Shown one piece after another: positions 1 to 8,317 of a DNA stretch of 56,995 nucleotides. Made by a program: the position numbers and the translations under genes. The notes under the pieces are model-generated. The model was not told the origin of the DNA. It was given only the letters and a program-made list of their open reading frames with translations, and did no database searches. Origin of the DNA: a virus. The DNA lies in IMG/VR virus record IMGVR_UViG_3300044742_000148; one strand, given 5' to 3'. The first letter of the stretch is position 1; each line of letters opens with the position of its first letter.

Positions 1-127
1 GCCCGGATCGAGGAGGCCCTGGACGCCGGGTACTCCGAGGGCGAGCTCTCCAGGGCTCTGCCGACCATCAAGGCGTTTACCCGCAACGGGTTCGACCTGG
101 CGCTCCGCCAGACCAGGGCGGCCCAAC
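1..127. repeat. Left copy of exact 127-bp terminal direct repeat (identical to 56869..56995)
   Basis: Read base by base: gcccggatcgaggaggccctgg...accagggcggcccaac occurs at both window ends. The unit length of 56868 is divisible by 3 and the crossing CDS stays in frame. Confidence 0.95.
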
Positions 128-189
128 CCCAACATGACGAGACACTGGACGAGGGGCGAGAGCTCCCGTCCGGAGAGGTGCAGCTATGA
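1..189 (+). CDS. C-terminal end of the wrap-around CDS that starts at 56137 (HTH replication-initiator-like protein, 306 aa in total)
   Basis: Frame 1 is open from base 1 (ARIEEALDAGYSEGELSRALPTIKAF...) to TGA 187..189. The stop overlaps the next ATG at 186 (ATGA). It is the same frame as 56137..56995. Confidence 0.75.
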   Translation, partial: ARIEEALDAGYSEGELSRALPTIKAFTRNGFDLALRQTRAAQPQHDETLDEGRELPSGEVQL

Positions 190-836
190 CCCGCACGTAC
201 GACGAGCCCGAGGGGCCCATCGACCGAGACACCATCAACGCCTACGTGGACGAGATCATGCAGGGCTCGTGGGACCTGGCCTGGCAGGCGGCCATCCCTG
301 TCCGCTTCCGCAACGCCAGCCTCGGGGCGCTCCCCCGGGAGGTGCGGGACCCGTGTCACCGCTGGGCGGAGGCGTGGGCGCACGACAGCCCGGAGGCCGG
401 AGCTCTCCTGCTGATCGGCCCCGTGGGCACCGGGAAGACCTACGCCGCCGTGGCGACCGCCCGGGAGTATGAGGTGCCGCTGTTCGTGCCGGTGGTCGAG
501 CTGTTGGACGCCCTCCGCCCGGGGGGCGACCTCGGGACCATCACCCGGCAGGGCGTCACCGTGACGGCCGGGCCCGTCGGCATGCAGCGTTTCGCTGCGG
601 GCGTGGAGACGGGGCTGGTGATCCTCGATGACCTGGGCGCCGAGCGTCCGACGGAGTGGACCGCAGAGCGCCTGTACGCCATCGTCAACCGCCGGTGGAT
701 GGACCAGCAGCCGACCATCGTGACCGCCAACACCACGCCCGAGAAGATGGCCGAGACGTTCGGGCCTCGCATCTACTCCCGCCTGGTGCACAACGCCACC
801 GTGGTCCGGGTCGGCGGAGAGGACCGCCGCCGATGA
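186..836 (+). CDS. DnaC/IstB-like AAA+ ATPase (helicase loader-like)
   Basis: Walker A LLLIGPVGTGKTY, Walker B LVILDDLGAE, TIVTANT. ATGA overlap with the upstream stop. Confidence 0.8.
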   Translation: MTRTYDEPEGPIDRDTINAYVDEIMQGSWDLAWQAAIPVRFRNASLGALPREVRDPCHRWAEAWAHDSPEAGALLLIGPVGTGKTYAAVATAREYEVPLFVPVVELLDALRPGGDLGTITRQGVTVTAGPVGMQRFAAGVETGLVILDDLGAERPTEWTAERLYAIVNRRWMDQQPTIVTANTTPEKMAETFGPRIYSRLVHNATVVRVGGEDRRR

Positions 837-1195
837 CCACCGACCTCCTGACCGACTGCATGGAGTGCGGGGGCCGCTGCCGCTGCCCCCGATGCCACGG
901 GCTCCGCTGGGTGTACGTCACCCCGGCCTACGCCGACCGCTTCGAGCAGCCCGCCCGCCCGGGGCACCGGGCCGCCCTGCTCAACACCATGTACCCGTGC
1001 AAGGACTGCAACGCCGGAGCGTTCTACCGCTGGAGCTCCGGCTGCTTGGAGGCCGACCATGACGCCTTCAACTGCGACCGCTGCCAGGCTGACCACGAGC
1101 GGCCCCGGAGAGGCAACCGGCGGGCCGCCCCTGGGCGACCGCCCCTCCAGGCCGTAGAGGCCGGATACCGGGCAGAAGGGCCCGACCATGACTGA
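833..1195 (+). CDS. Cys-rich zinc-finger-like hypothetical protein
   Basis: ATG 833 in an ATGA overlap. Motifs CMECGGRCRCPRCHG, CKDCN and CDRC. High GC3 frame within ORF 656..1195. Confidence 0.65.
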   Translation: MTTDLLTDCMECGGRCRCPRCHGLRWVYVTPAYADRFEQPARPGHRAALLNTMYPCKDCNAGAFYRWSSGCLEADHDAFNCDRCQADHERPRRGNRRAAPGRPPLQAVEAGYRAEGPDHD

Positions 1196-1460
1196 GACGA
1201 GGGGGCACTGCAAGGGGTGCGGAGGCCCGGTCCTGTGGGTGCGGACGGAGGCGTCGGGGGCGTGGCTGTCCCTCGACCCGGAGCCGGTGGGCGAGGGCAA
1301 CGTGGTGCTCGTGAAGGGCAAGGCCCACGTGCTCACCAAGGCCGAGCTCGCCCCACCGGGCCTGCTCGACAGTCTGCTCCCCGGGTCGCCGCCGCCCGGG
1401 CCCCGGTACGTGCCCCACCGGGCGACGTGCACCAACTGGCCTGCGAGCAACAAGCGATGA
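1188..1460 (+). CDS. Hypothetical protein with N-terminal CxxC zinc-ribbon-like motif
   Basis: ORF 1188..1460. 8-nt overlap with the upstream gene. HCKGCGGPVLWV. Confidence 0.65.
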   Translation: MTETRGHCKGCGGPVLWVRTEASGAWLSLDPEPVGEGNVVLVKGKAHVLTKAELAPPGLLDSLLPGSPPPGPRYVPHRATCTNWPASNKR

Positions 1461-1645
1461 GGGCCGCCGACTACTTCGCCGTCGTGACCTCGACCGCCAA
1501 GGTGACGACCGGCCCGAACGACGGGCAGGGCATGGCGTACTGCGCCTTCTGCCACGGGCCGATCGCCACCGGCACGATCATCCACCGGCTCGTCCCCAAG
1601 CGGGGAGGCAGCCACGTCTACGCCCACCAGGGATGCTGGCCGTGA
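1457..1645 (+). CDS. Hypothetical small protein
   Basis: ATG 1457 in an ATGA overlap. Internal start of ORF 1217..1645 (MRAADYFAVV...). Confidence 0.6.
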   Translation: MRAADYFAVVTSTAKVTTGPNDGQGMAYCAFCHGPIATGTIIHRLVPKRGGSHVYAHQGCWP

Positions 1646-1962
1646 AGCGCCGCACCCCGCTGAGGGCGAGCCTGGAGACAGCCCGGGCGTGGGAACGCCG
1701 GAGCCGACGAGCTCTGCCTGTCCGCCGCAAGGGCCTCGACCCGGCCCTCGCCAGAGCGTGCTACGTCCGGGACGGGGGCTGCAAGGTCCGCCCGGAGCTG
1801 TACGGCGTGAAGTGCTGGGGCGTCAACGACCCGCACCACGTCCTGCCGAGAGGCCGGGGCGGGCCCGACGCCCTCGACAACCTGGTCACGCTCTGCCGGG
1901 GCCACCACGACTGGGTGCACGCCCACCCGGAGCTGTCCAAGCCGCTGGGGCTCCTCCGATGA
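1633..1962 (+). CDS. HNH endonuclease
   Basis: DPHHVLPRGRGGPDALDNLVTLCRGHHDWVH (H-N-H core). An alternative start is GTG 1642, in a GTGA overlap with the upstream stop. Confidence 0.85.
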   Translation: MLAVKRRTPLRASLETARAWERRSRRALPVRRKGLDPALARACYVRDGGCKVRPELYGVKCWGVNDPHHVLPRGRGGPDALDNLVTLCRGHHDWVHAHPELSKPLGLLR

Positions 1963-2126
1963 CCGCCCCCGACTTCGACCGGCAGTGCCTCGCCACCACC
2001 GATGACACCGAGATTGACGGCGCCATCGAGTTCGGCCACTGGTGCCGCCTGTACGAGGGCCACCTGACCGAGGGCATCCCGCACGCCTGCGGGGCCTGCA
2101 AGGCCACCTGGGGGATCGAGGAATGA
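1959..2126 (+). CDS. Hypothetical small protein
   Basis: ATG 1959 in an ATGA overlap. 55 aa, coding-like frame (MTAPDFDRQCLATTDD...). Confidence 0.55.
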   Translation: MTAPDFDRQCLATTDDTEIDGAIEFGHWCRLYEGHLTEGIPHACGACKATWGIEE

Positions 2127-2506
2127 CCGGCCTCCCGATCAGCCACGTGGACCTCCAGGCGACCGTGACCGAGGCCCTGCACGTCCTCGGCTGGCGCCAC
2201 CTCCACGTCCGCCGCTCCATCGGGAAGGGCCGCAAGTGGACTACGGCGACGAACGTGGACGGCTGGCCTGACCTGTTCTGCTGGCATCCCGTCGCCCGCC
2301 GACAGTTGGCCATCGAGCTGAAGGTGCCCCCCGACCGCCTCACCCTCGGCCAGTGGCAGGTGCTCCACGACCTCGACGCCGCCGGGGTGGAGACGGCCGT
2401 GCTCGACCCGTCAGACCTGACGTGGCTGGGAGCTCTCCTGGCGCCGAAAGGCCCCCGGCTGGAGCTCCGGATGCTGGAGGCGTTCGCCCCCAAGAACCCG
2501 GGCTAA
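2123..2506 (+). CDS. VRR-NUC domain nuclease
   Basis: ATG 2123 in an ATGA overlap. GWPDLFCWH...LAIELKV (D...ExK restriction-fold core typical of VRR-NUC). Confidence 0.75.
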   Translation: MTGLPISHVDLQATVTEALHVLGWRHLHVRRSIGKGRKWTTATNVDGWPDLFCWHPVARRQLAIELKVPPDRLTLGQWQVLHDLDAAGVETAVLDPSDLTWLGALLAPKGPRLELRMLEAFAPKNPG

Positions 2507-2526
2507 CCGGGCTATGGTTCAGACGC
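2502..2526 (+). promoter_or_regulatory. Degenerate copy of the phage promoter motif (GCTAACCGGGCTATGGT)
   Basis: GCTAAC at 2502..2507 and a -10-like TATGGT at 2513..2518, 8 nt before ATG 2527. There is no RBS in between, so the mRNA is possibly leaderless. Confidence 0.35.
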
Positions 2527-2931
2527 ATGGCAGTCATCAACAACTTGGGGCTGGGCGACCTCGATGGTGAGGCGTTCACCCACACGACCATCAAGCTGAC
2601 CAACGCCGGGGACGGCCTGTCCGACTCGATGCGAGTCGAGCCGTGCTGGCTCAAGACGGGCGACGAGGTATTCGTCATCGTGAAGGCCCACGTGAGCCAG
2701 GTGACCGGCAAGCCGTGGGTCGGCAAGGGCGGAGAGACGGGCCTGGAGCGCATCGTGACCTTGAAGGCGGAGGCCGCCGGGCTCGCCGCCGAGGACCTGG
2801 TCGGCCCGGTCATCGCCGAGATGCAGGTGCGGCTGCGAGAGCTCCGAGACGCCGAGGCCGGTCAGGGGAGCCTGGCGGACCGGATGGGCGACAACGTCAC
2901 CCCCGTCAAGCCCGAGGAGGGCAGCGAATGA
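2527..2931 (+). CDS. Hypothetical protein
   Basis: ATG 2527 is an internal start of ORF 2353..2931 (MAVINNLGLGDLDGEAF...). The upstream part of the ORF is R/P-rich and non-coding-like. Confidence 0.65.
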   Translation: MAVINNLGLGDLDGEAFTHTTIKLTNAGDGLSDSMRVEPCWLKTGDEVFVIVKAHVSQVTGKPWVGKGGETGLERIVTLKAEAAGLAAEDLVGPVIAEMQVRLRELRDAEAGQGSLADRMGDNVTPVKPEEGSE

Positions 2932-3227
2932 GCCAGCGCCAGACCAAGACTCGGAACCCGTCGGTGCAGACCGTCAACGTCGCCGAGGCCATCGCCGAGC
3001 GGGGAGGGTCCGAGGGGCTGCTCGACGCCCTGGCCGACCTCGCCCCGCAGATCGACACGGCCAACAGCGAGCTCCAGCTGCTCTACGACCGGCGCCTGGC
3101 GCTGTGGCGTGAGGGTCGGGAGAGGGCCATCACCCACAAGGTGCTGGCAGCCGCCTCGGGCGTGACGGACGCCCTCGTCGTGCAGACCTTGAAGCGTGCC
3201 GACAAGGCATTGGCCGCAACGGGGTAG
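2928..3227 (+). CDS. Hypothetical protein
   Basis: ATG 2928 in an ATGA overlap. MSQRQTKTRNPSVQ... ends at TAG 3225..3227. Confidence 0.65.
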   Translation: MSQRQTKTRNPSVQTVNVAEAIAERGGSEGLLDALADLAPQIDTANSELQLLYDRRLALWREGRERAITHKVLAAASGVTDALVVQTLKRADKALAATG

Positions 3228-3251
3228 ACGGGCTAACCCGGGTTAGTCTAT
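3224..3251 (+). promoter_or_regulatory. Phage promoter/operator motif copy A
   Basis: Perfect 14-bp palindrome CTAACCCGGGTTAG at 3233..3246 overlaps a -10-like TAGTCT at 3244..3249. GTAGAC lies at 3224..3229, closer than in the other copies. Confidence 0.55.
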
Positions 3252-3297
3252 GCTGGGGGCTCCCAACCAAGCACCACGCCCAAGGAGGCACCCAGTC

Positions 3298-3474
3298 ATG
3301 ACCCGCACCGATTCAGCCCTCGCCCAGCGCCTGCTCAACGCAGTCGGTATCTGCACCATCGACATCAGCACCGTTCCCGGCCAGCCCGCCCGCTCGCTGT
3401 GGGCCAAGTCCGGCGCCCGCTGGGACAACCTCGATCAGGTCTACGAGACGCTGACCGTCGCCTGCGGGTCATGA
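3298..3474 (+). CDS. Hypothetical small protein
   Basis: RBS aaggagg lies upstream of ATG 3298 (internal start of ORF 3250..3474). Confidence 0.6.
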   Translation: MTRTDSALAQRLLNAVGICTIDISTVPGQPARSLWAKSGARWDNLDQVYETLTVACGS

Positions 3475-3895
3475 CCGACCTGTGGGTTCCCCGGGAGGTC
3501 GTCGCCGACCCGGAACGCCGCCAGGGCGACTGCTTCGCCGCCGCCGCCAAGCTCGTGCTCAGCGACCCGTCGTTCACCCTCGTGCACGCCAAGGTAACCA
3601 CCCCCGACAGGGAGACGCCCAGGCGCCCCGACCAGCCCCGTCCCGGGGAGCGCCACGACCACGCCTGGGCCGAGAAGCGGGCCCCCGTGCGGCTGGAGGA
3701 CGGCAAGATGCGCAACACCGTCGTTTGCGTGGACCTGTCCTCCGGCCGCCACGTGGCCGCCCCCCGGGAGCTCTACTACCGGCTCGGCACTACCGGCTCG
3801 GCAAGATCGGCAAGACGTTCCGGTACTCGATGGCCCAGGTGCACCAGCTGGTGACCGAGCACGAGCACTGGGGCCCGTGGAGGGAGCTCCCGTGA
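3471..3895 (+). pseudogene. Hypothetical protein gene interrupted by a 14-bp tandem duplication (frame 0 ends at 3854, the restored frame ends at 3895)
   Basis: ATG 3471 in an ATGA overlap. After 3790 the coding-looking sequence (KIGKTFRYSMAQVHQLVTEHEHWGPW) continues in the frame of ORF 3482..3895. Removing one 14-nt unit joins the two frames. Confidence 0.55.
3777..3804 (+). repeat. 14-bp tandem duplication taccggctcggcac / taccggctcggcaa
   Basis: The two adjacent units are read directly and match at 13 of 14 positions. Confidence 0.9.
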
Positions 3896-4254
3896 CCGAC
3901 CGCCCGAAGCTCCGCCGCCTCACCGAGGCCCACGGGGAGGACCCGCTCGACTCGACGTGGGAGGTCATCCTCCCGTGGGACGTCATCGGCTGCGTCTCCG
4001 CTCCCCGAGACGGGACGGCCGACAAGCCCCGGGAGTGGGCGTGCTGGTCGTACCGGCCCGACCCTGACGACCCGGTAGACGCCCTCGCCGACGACGCAGA
4101 GCTCGCCGACCTCGGCACCAGCCCGGCCGAGATGGACGACCCGGAGATGGCCGCCCGCATCAGGGCTGGCCGGGCCCGCTTCCTGTTCGGGGGCTTCACG
4201 ACCCGCCGGGCCGCCGTCACGTACCTCGTCGCCCACGAGCTCGGCATCACGTGA
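3892..4254 (+). CDS. Hypothetical acidic protein
   Basis: GTG 3892 forms a GTGA overlap with the stop of the restored upstream frame (3893..3895). ATG 3877 is an alternative start. Confidence 0.6.
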   Translation: MTDRPKLRRLTEAHGEDPLDSTWEVILPWDVIGCVSAPRDGTADKPREWACWSYRPDPDDPVDALADDAELADLGTSPAEMDDPEMAARIRAGRARFLFGGFTTRRAAVTYLVAHELGIT

Positions 4255-4439
4255 GCCTCACTCACGGCGTGGCCCTCGTCTGCAACCTGTGTGGCGCCAC
4301 GACGCCGTTTACCGTCTACGACGGCGTGCGCCAGAGGACCAACGCCGTCCACCTTGCCCGGGCTGTCGCCGAGAGCAAAGGCTGGAAGGCCAACCCCGTC
4401 GCCGACATCTGCTCCGTCTGCACGGAGGCTCGGCGATGA
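4251..4439 (+). CDS. Hypothetical zinc-ribbon-like small protein
   Basis: GTG 4251 in a GTGA overlap. Motifs CNLCG and CSVC. Confidence 0.6.
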   Translation: MSLTHGVALVCNLCGATTPFTVYDGVRQRTNAVHLARAVAESKGWKANPVADICSVCTEARR

Positions 4440-6154
4440 CCCGGCTGGCGCTCCGCCCGTACCAGGAGGAGGCCCTTGACGCCGTAGCCAAGGCGGAGGC
4501 TGAGGGCTGCCGCCGACAGCTCCTCGTGGCCGCCACCGGCCTCGGCAAGACGGTCATCTTCGCCCACCTCGCCGAACGACGGCAAGGCCGAGCTCTCATC
4601 ATCGCCCACCGGGACGAGCTCGTGTCGCAGGCCGCCGCCAAGGTCGCCGCCCAGTGGCCTGAGCTCGGCATCACCCCCGCCTGCGCCCAGCTTCTCGCCG
4701 ACGCCAAGGAGCCCGAGGTCCGTCTGATGGCCGCCTCCGCCCAGGTGCGCCGGGGAGGCATCGGCATCGTCAAGGCGGAGGCCGACGACACCGACGCCCA
4801 GGTGGTGGTCGCCTCCATCCAGACTCTGGCGAGGGCCCGCAGGAGGGACCGCCTCGCCGCCTCTCCGCCCTTCGACCTCGTGGTCGTGGACGAGGCCCAC
4901 CACGCCGCCGCCGACAGCTACGGAGCGGCCCTCGCCGCCGTCCGAGCCGGGGAGCCCGACGGGCCCCTCCTCATCGGCGTGACCGCCACCCCCGACCGGG
5001 GCGACGGCAAGGGCCTGGACGACCTGTTCGACCAGATCGTGGCGTCCTTCGACATCCTGTGGGGCATCCGAGCCGGGTACCTGTGCGACGTCCGAGGGCT
5101 CCGCATCGTGGTCGAGCACCTCGACCTGTCGGGCGTGAAGGTCCGCCGGGGCGACTACGACCAAGGCCAGGCCGGTCAGGCGATGGAGGACGCCGGAGCC
5201 CCCGAGCAGATCGTTCGGGCTTGGCTCGAGCACGCCCCCGGGAGACGGACTCTCGTGTTCACGCCGACCGTCGCCCTCGCCCATCAGGTGGCGGACGAGT
5301 TCAACCTGTCCGGGGTGCACGCCCAGGCCATCGACGCCTCAACGCCGCTGGGCGACCGCCGCCGAGCTCTCGCCGCCTACGCCACGGGCGAGATCGAGGT
5401 GCTGGCCAACTGCGGTGTCCTCACGGAGGGCTACGACGAGCCCCGCACCGACTGCATCGTGGTCGCCCGCCCCACCAAGAGTCGGGCCCTCTACGCCCAG
5501 ATGATCGGCCGGGGCACCCGCAAGCACCCCGACAAGGGCGACCTCCTCGTGCTCGACACGGTGGGCGCCACCCGCATGCACAGCCTCGTCACCGTCCCGT
5601 CGCTGATGGGCCTCGGGGAGACGGAGTGGGCCGGGCTGATGGAGACGGGCTCGGGCCTCCTGTCGCAGGTCATGCAGGACCACGACGACGAGCTCGTGCG
5701 TCTCGGCCGCCTCAGGGCGGAGGAGGCAGACCTGTTCCGCCAGCTCACGTCCAGCGCCGTGCGGATCGCCTGGGCGCCCGTGGACAGCCCCGAGCCGGGC
5801 CTCCGCCGGTATGCCCGCCCGATGGGCCCGGGGGAGCCGACCGTCATCCTCGCCCAGCGTGCCGAGGGGGACGTGTGGACGGCCGGGCTGCTCTGGCCCG
5901 ACGGCCGCAAGGAGGCGCTGATGGCCCTCCAGCCCCTGGCCGCCTGCCAGGGCGTGGCCGAGGACTTCGTGCGAGCCGGGCGCTCCGTCGTGCTGACCCT
6001 GGCCGACGCCCCGTGGCGGGCCCGGGCCGCCTCAGCGAAGCAGAAGGGCTACGCCCGAGCCCTGGGCGTGGAGGTGCCGAAGGGCGTGACGGCCGGGGAG
6101 CTCTCCGACCTGATCGCCGCCGCACAGCTCCGCAACGGAGAGGTGAGCCAATGA
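4436..6154 (+). CDS. Superfamily-2 DEAD/DEAH-box DNA helicase
   Basis: ATG 4436 in an ATGA overlap. LRPYQEEA, motif I VAATGLGKT, motif II VVVDEAHH, TATPDR and QMIGRGTR. Confidence 0.85.
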   Translation: MTRLALRPYQEEALDAVAKAEAEGCRRQLLVAATGLGKTVIFAHLAERRQGRALIIAHRDELVSQAAAKVAAQWPELGITPACAQLLADAKEPEVRLMAASAQVRRGGIGIVKAEADDTDAQVVVASIQTLARARRRDRLAASPPFDLVVVDEAHHAAADSYGAALAAVRAGEPDGPLLIGVTATPDRGDGKGLDDLFDQIVASFDILWGIRAGYLCDVRGLRIVVEHLDLSGVKVRRGDYDQGQAGQAMEDAGAPEQIVRAWLEHAPGRRTLVFTPTVALAHQVADEFNLSGVHAQAIDASTPLGDRRRALAAYATGEIEVLANCGVLTEGYDEPRTDCIVVARPTKSRALYAQMIGRGTRKHPDKGDLLVLDTVGATRMHSLVTVPSLMGLGETEWAGLMETGSGLLSQVMQDHDDELVRLGRLRAEEADLFRQLTSSAVRIAWAPVDSPEPGLRRYARPMGPGEPTVILAQRAEGDVWTAGLLWPDGRKEALMALQPLAACQGVAEDFVRAGRSVVLTLADAPWRARAASAKQKGYARALGVEVPKGVTAGELSDLIAAAQLRNGEVSQ

Positions 6155-6423
6155 GCCTCGACGTGGGAGGCCTGTACTCAGGCGTGGTCCTCACCGACGC
6201 CGCCGACATCGTGGAGGGCCTGCTGGCGCCCGACGTGACCCCCGACCGCATCAGCGACCTCCTGGAGCACGCCGCCGACGACGCCGACCGAGCCCACGCC
6301 GTCATGTTCTACCTGGTGCTCCGCTGCCGAGGCATCCCCTATGGCCACCCCATCGCTGACGGCCTGACGGCCCCCCACGTCCACGGGGCCCAACTGATCC
6401 TCCCCCCGGGGGTGCAGACGTGA
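6151..6423 (+). CDS. Hypothetical protein
   Basis: ATG 6151 in an ATGA overlap. Only the last 90 codons of ORF 5059..6423 look coding. Confidence 0.6.
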   Translation: MSLDVGGLYSGVVLTDAADIVEGLLAPDVTPDRISDLLEHAADDADRAHAVMFYLVLRCRGIPYGHPIADGLTAPHVHGAQLILPPGVQT

Positions 6424-6611
6424 CCTGCCCGGCCCAGTGGCGGACGTTCGCCATCCACGACTGCAAGCGCAAGGAGGGGCACGCCGGGTTCCACCTATGC
6501 CCCTGTGGGTCGGCCTGCGCCCACGCCGACCTCGGCAAGTACAGCCTGAGTGAGGCTGGCCGGGTGGGCGACCTCCGGTACGTCCGGTACAGCCCGCCGC
6601 CCCCCGCATAG
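6420..6611 (+). CDS. Hypothetical Cys/His-rich small protein
   Basis: GTG 6420 in a GTGA overlap. ORF 6420..6611. Confidence 0.55.
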   Translation: MTCPAQWRTFAIHDCKRKEGHAGFHLCPCGSACAHADLGKYSLSEAGRVGDLRYVRYSPPPPA

Positions 6612-6620
6612 GCTCGCCCC

Positions 6621-7391
6621 ATGCCTGCCTCCAAGAGCCCCGCCGTCCCCGGTCAACGCCGCCTGGAGTACCTGCCGCTCCGCCAGATCATGAGCGCCCC
6701 CCGGAACCCCAACGGCCACGACCTGCCCGCCATCGCCGCCTCCATCCGCCGGCACGGCTTCGTGGAGCCGGTGGTGGTGGACGAGCGGACCGGGTTCCTC
6801 GTGGGAGGCCACGGCCGCCTGGAGGTGCTCGCCGAGATGCGAGACGCCGGAGAGCAGCCCCCCGAGGGCATCGTGGAGCAGGAGCGAGCCGAGAACGACG
6901 TGGCCGCCGAGCCGGAGTGGCTGGCGCCGACCATCCTGGGCTGGGCGTCCCGCTCAGACGCCGAGGCCGAGGCGCTTCTGCTCGCCATGATGAAGCTCCC
7001 CAAGACGGCCGTCGCCTCGATGGACCTCCTCGCCACGATGCTGGACGAGCTCTCGCAGGGCACCGAGCTCGCCCTCGCCGGGACCGGGTACAGCCCCGAC
7101 GACCTCGATGACATCTTGGCTGGCCTGTCCGAGAGCGCACCCCTGACCGAGCTGGAGTACGGGGACAGTCGCAAGAGCGCCTACCCCGAGCCGTCGTACG
7201 GGGAACGCACCGACAACTACCGCAACAAGCAGGTGCGGGCGATGGTGTTCGACTACCCGCTGGACGATTACGCCCTGGTCGCCGAGATGGCCGCCCGGGC
7301 CCGGGGCGCCTTCGGTGTGCAGTCCAACGCCGAGCTGTTCCAGCGGATGCTGGAGGCGTGGTGCATGCAGAACCCCGAGACGCCCGCATGA
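6621..7391 (+). CDS. ParB/Srx-like N-terminal domain protein
   Basis: LEYLPLRQIMSAPRNPNGH...IRRHGFVEPVVVDERTGFLVGGHGRLEVL matches the ParB N-terminal (ParBc) pattern. Confidence 0.75.
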   Translation: MPASKSPAVPGQRRLEYLPLRQIMSAPRNPNGHDLPAIAASIRRHGFVEPVVVDERTGFLVGGHGRLEVLAEMRDAGEQPPEGIVEQERAENDVAAEPEWLAPTILGWASRSDAEAEALLLAMMKLPKTAVASMDLLATMLDELSQGTELALAGTGYSPDDLDDILAGLSESAPLTELEYGDSRKSAYPEPSYGERTDNYRNKQVRAMVFDYPLDDYALVAEMAARARGAFGVQSNAELFQRMLEAWCMQNPETPA

Positions 7392-8317
7392 GCGACACCG
7401 AGCTCGCCCCCGCCGTCACGGTCCGTCTTGCCCCGCTCGACCCGGAGGCCCGCAAGGCCGCACTCGACCTCCTCGGCAAGGGCGCCGCCCTGGAGCCCCC
7501 CGGGGCGATGATCAAGGCGCCGTGCCTCGTGCGAGCCGGAGACGAGCTCGTGGCAGTCGTTCTCAGGATGCCGCCGGGCCCGCTGGCCTGGGTCCGCAAG
7601 GCGCTTCTCGGCTGGCCGTTCGACACGACCACGTACCGTTCGGCTGGCATCAAGAACAACGCCCGGACGTTCGGCTACCTGGCCCGCAACACGCTCCTGC
7701 AGCGTGACGGCTGCCGGGCCTGCCAGGGCTCCCGGCTGGCGCCCGAGGCCCACCACGGCATCGTGGCCCAGGCAGAGCTCCTGTCCGCCATGCTGGCCGA
7801 GGCCGCCCCAGAGCTCGCCGCCCGGGACCGGGCCGCCGCCGAGGCCGTCTCGCCGGAGTGGCGCATGGGCGACAGCCAGTGGACCTCCGGGGTGGCGAAC
7901 AGCACCTCCGTCCTGCCCTACCACTTCGACCGCAACAACCTGGAGCCCGTCTGGTCAGCGATGATCGTGGTGCGGAGGGGCGTGCGGGGCGGCTACCTCC
8001 ACGTGCCCGAGCTCGGCGCCTCGTTCCACTGCCGAGACGGAGACGTGGTGTGCTTCCCGGGCTGGCGCTTCGTGCATGGCGTCACCCCGGTCAAGATCGT
8101 GGAGCCCGACGGCTACCGCATCTCCGCCGTGTACTACTGCGTGGAGCAGATGCGGGCGTGCGGCACCGGAGCCGAGGAGATGGCCCGGGCACAGCTCGCC
8201 CGCACCAACCGGGAGGCCGACACCAGGCCCACCGTGGACCGCATCCCGGCTGCGATCGCCCGCCGAGATGCCGCTTCCAAGCCCACGGTTGAGGACGACG
8301 AGAGTGACGAGCTGTGA
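7388..8317 (+). CDS. 2OG-Fe(II) dioxygenase acting on nucleic-acid bases (TET/JBP-like; AlkB-like is the alternative)
   Basis: ATGA overlap. H-F-D at 7922..7930, a distal His at 8075..8077 (FVHGVTP), then YRISAVYY. The ligand spacing is 51 and 14 residues. Confidence 0.65.
   Translation: MSDTELAPAVTVRLAPLDPEARKAALDLLGKGAALEPPGAMIKAPCLVRAGDELVAVVLRMPPGPLAWVRKALLGWPFDTTTYRSAGIKNNARTFGYLARNTLLQRDGCRACQGSRLAPEAHHGIVAQAELLSAMLAEAAPELAARDRAAAEAVSPEWRMGDSQWTSGVANSTSVLPYHFDRNNLEPVWSAMIVVRRGVRGGYLHVPELGASFHCRDGDVVCFPGWRFVHGVTPVKIVEPDGYRISAVYYCVEQMRACGTGAEEMARAQLARTNREADTRPTVDRIPAAIARRDAASKPTVEDDESDEL

Noticed and set aside
5059-6423. 454-aa + strand ORF overlapping the helicase gene
   Set aside because: Most of it is an R/P/G-rich alternative frame of the helicase. 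Only the last 90 codons, from ATG 6151 (ATGA overlap), look coding.
6621-7391. Interpreting the ParB-like gene as a plasmid-prophage partition system
   Set aside because: I found no ParA ATPase gene and no recognisable parS repeats. Its tight coupling to the dioxygenase and kinase genes fits the DNA-modification context better.
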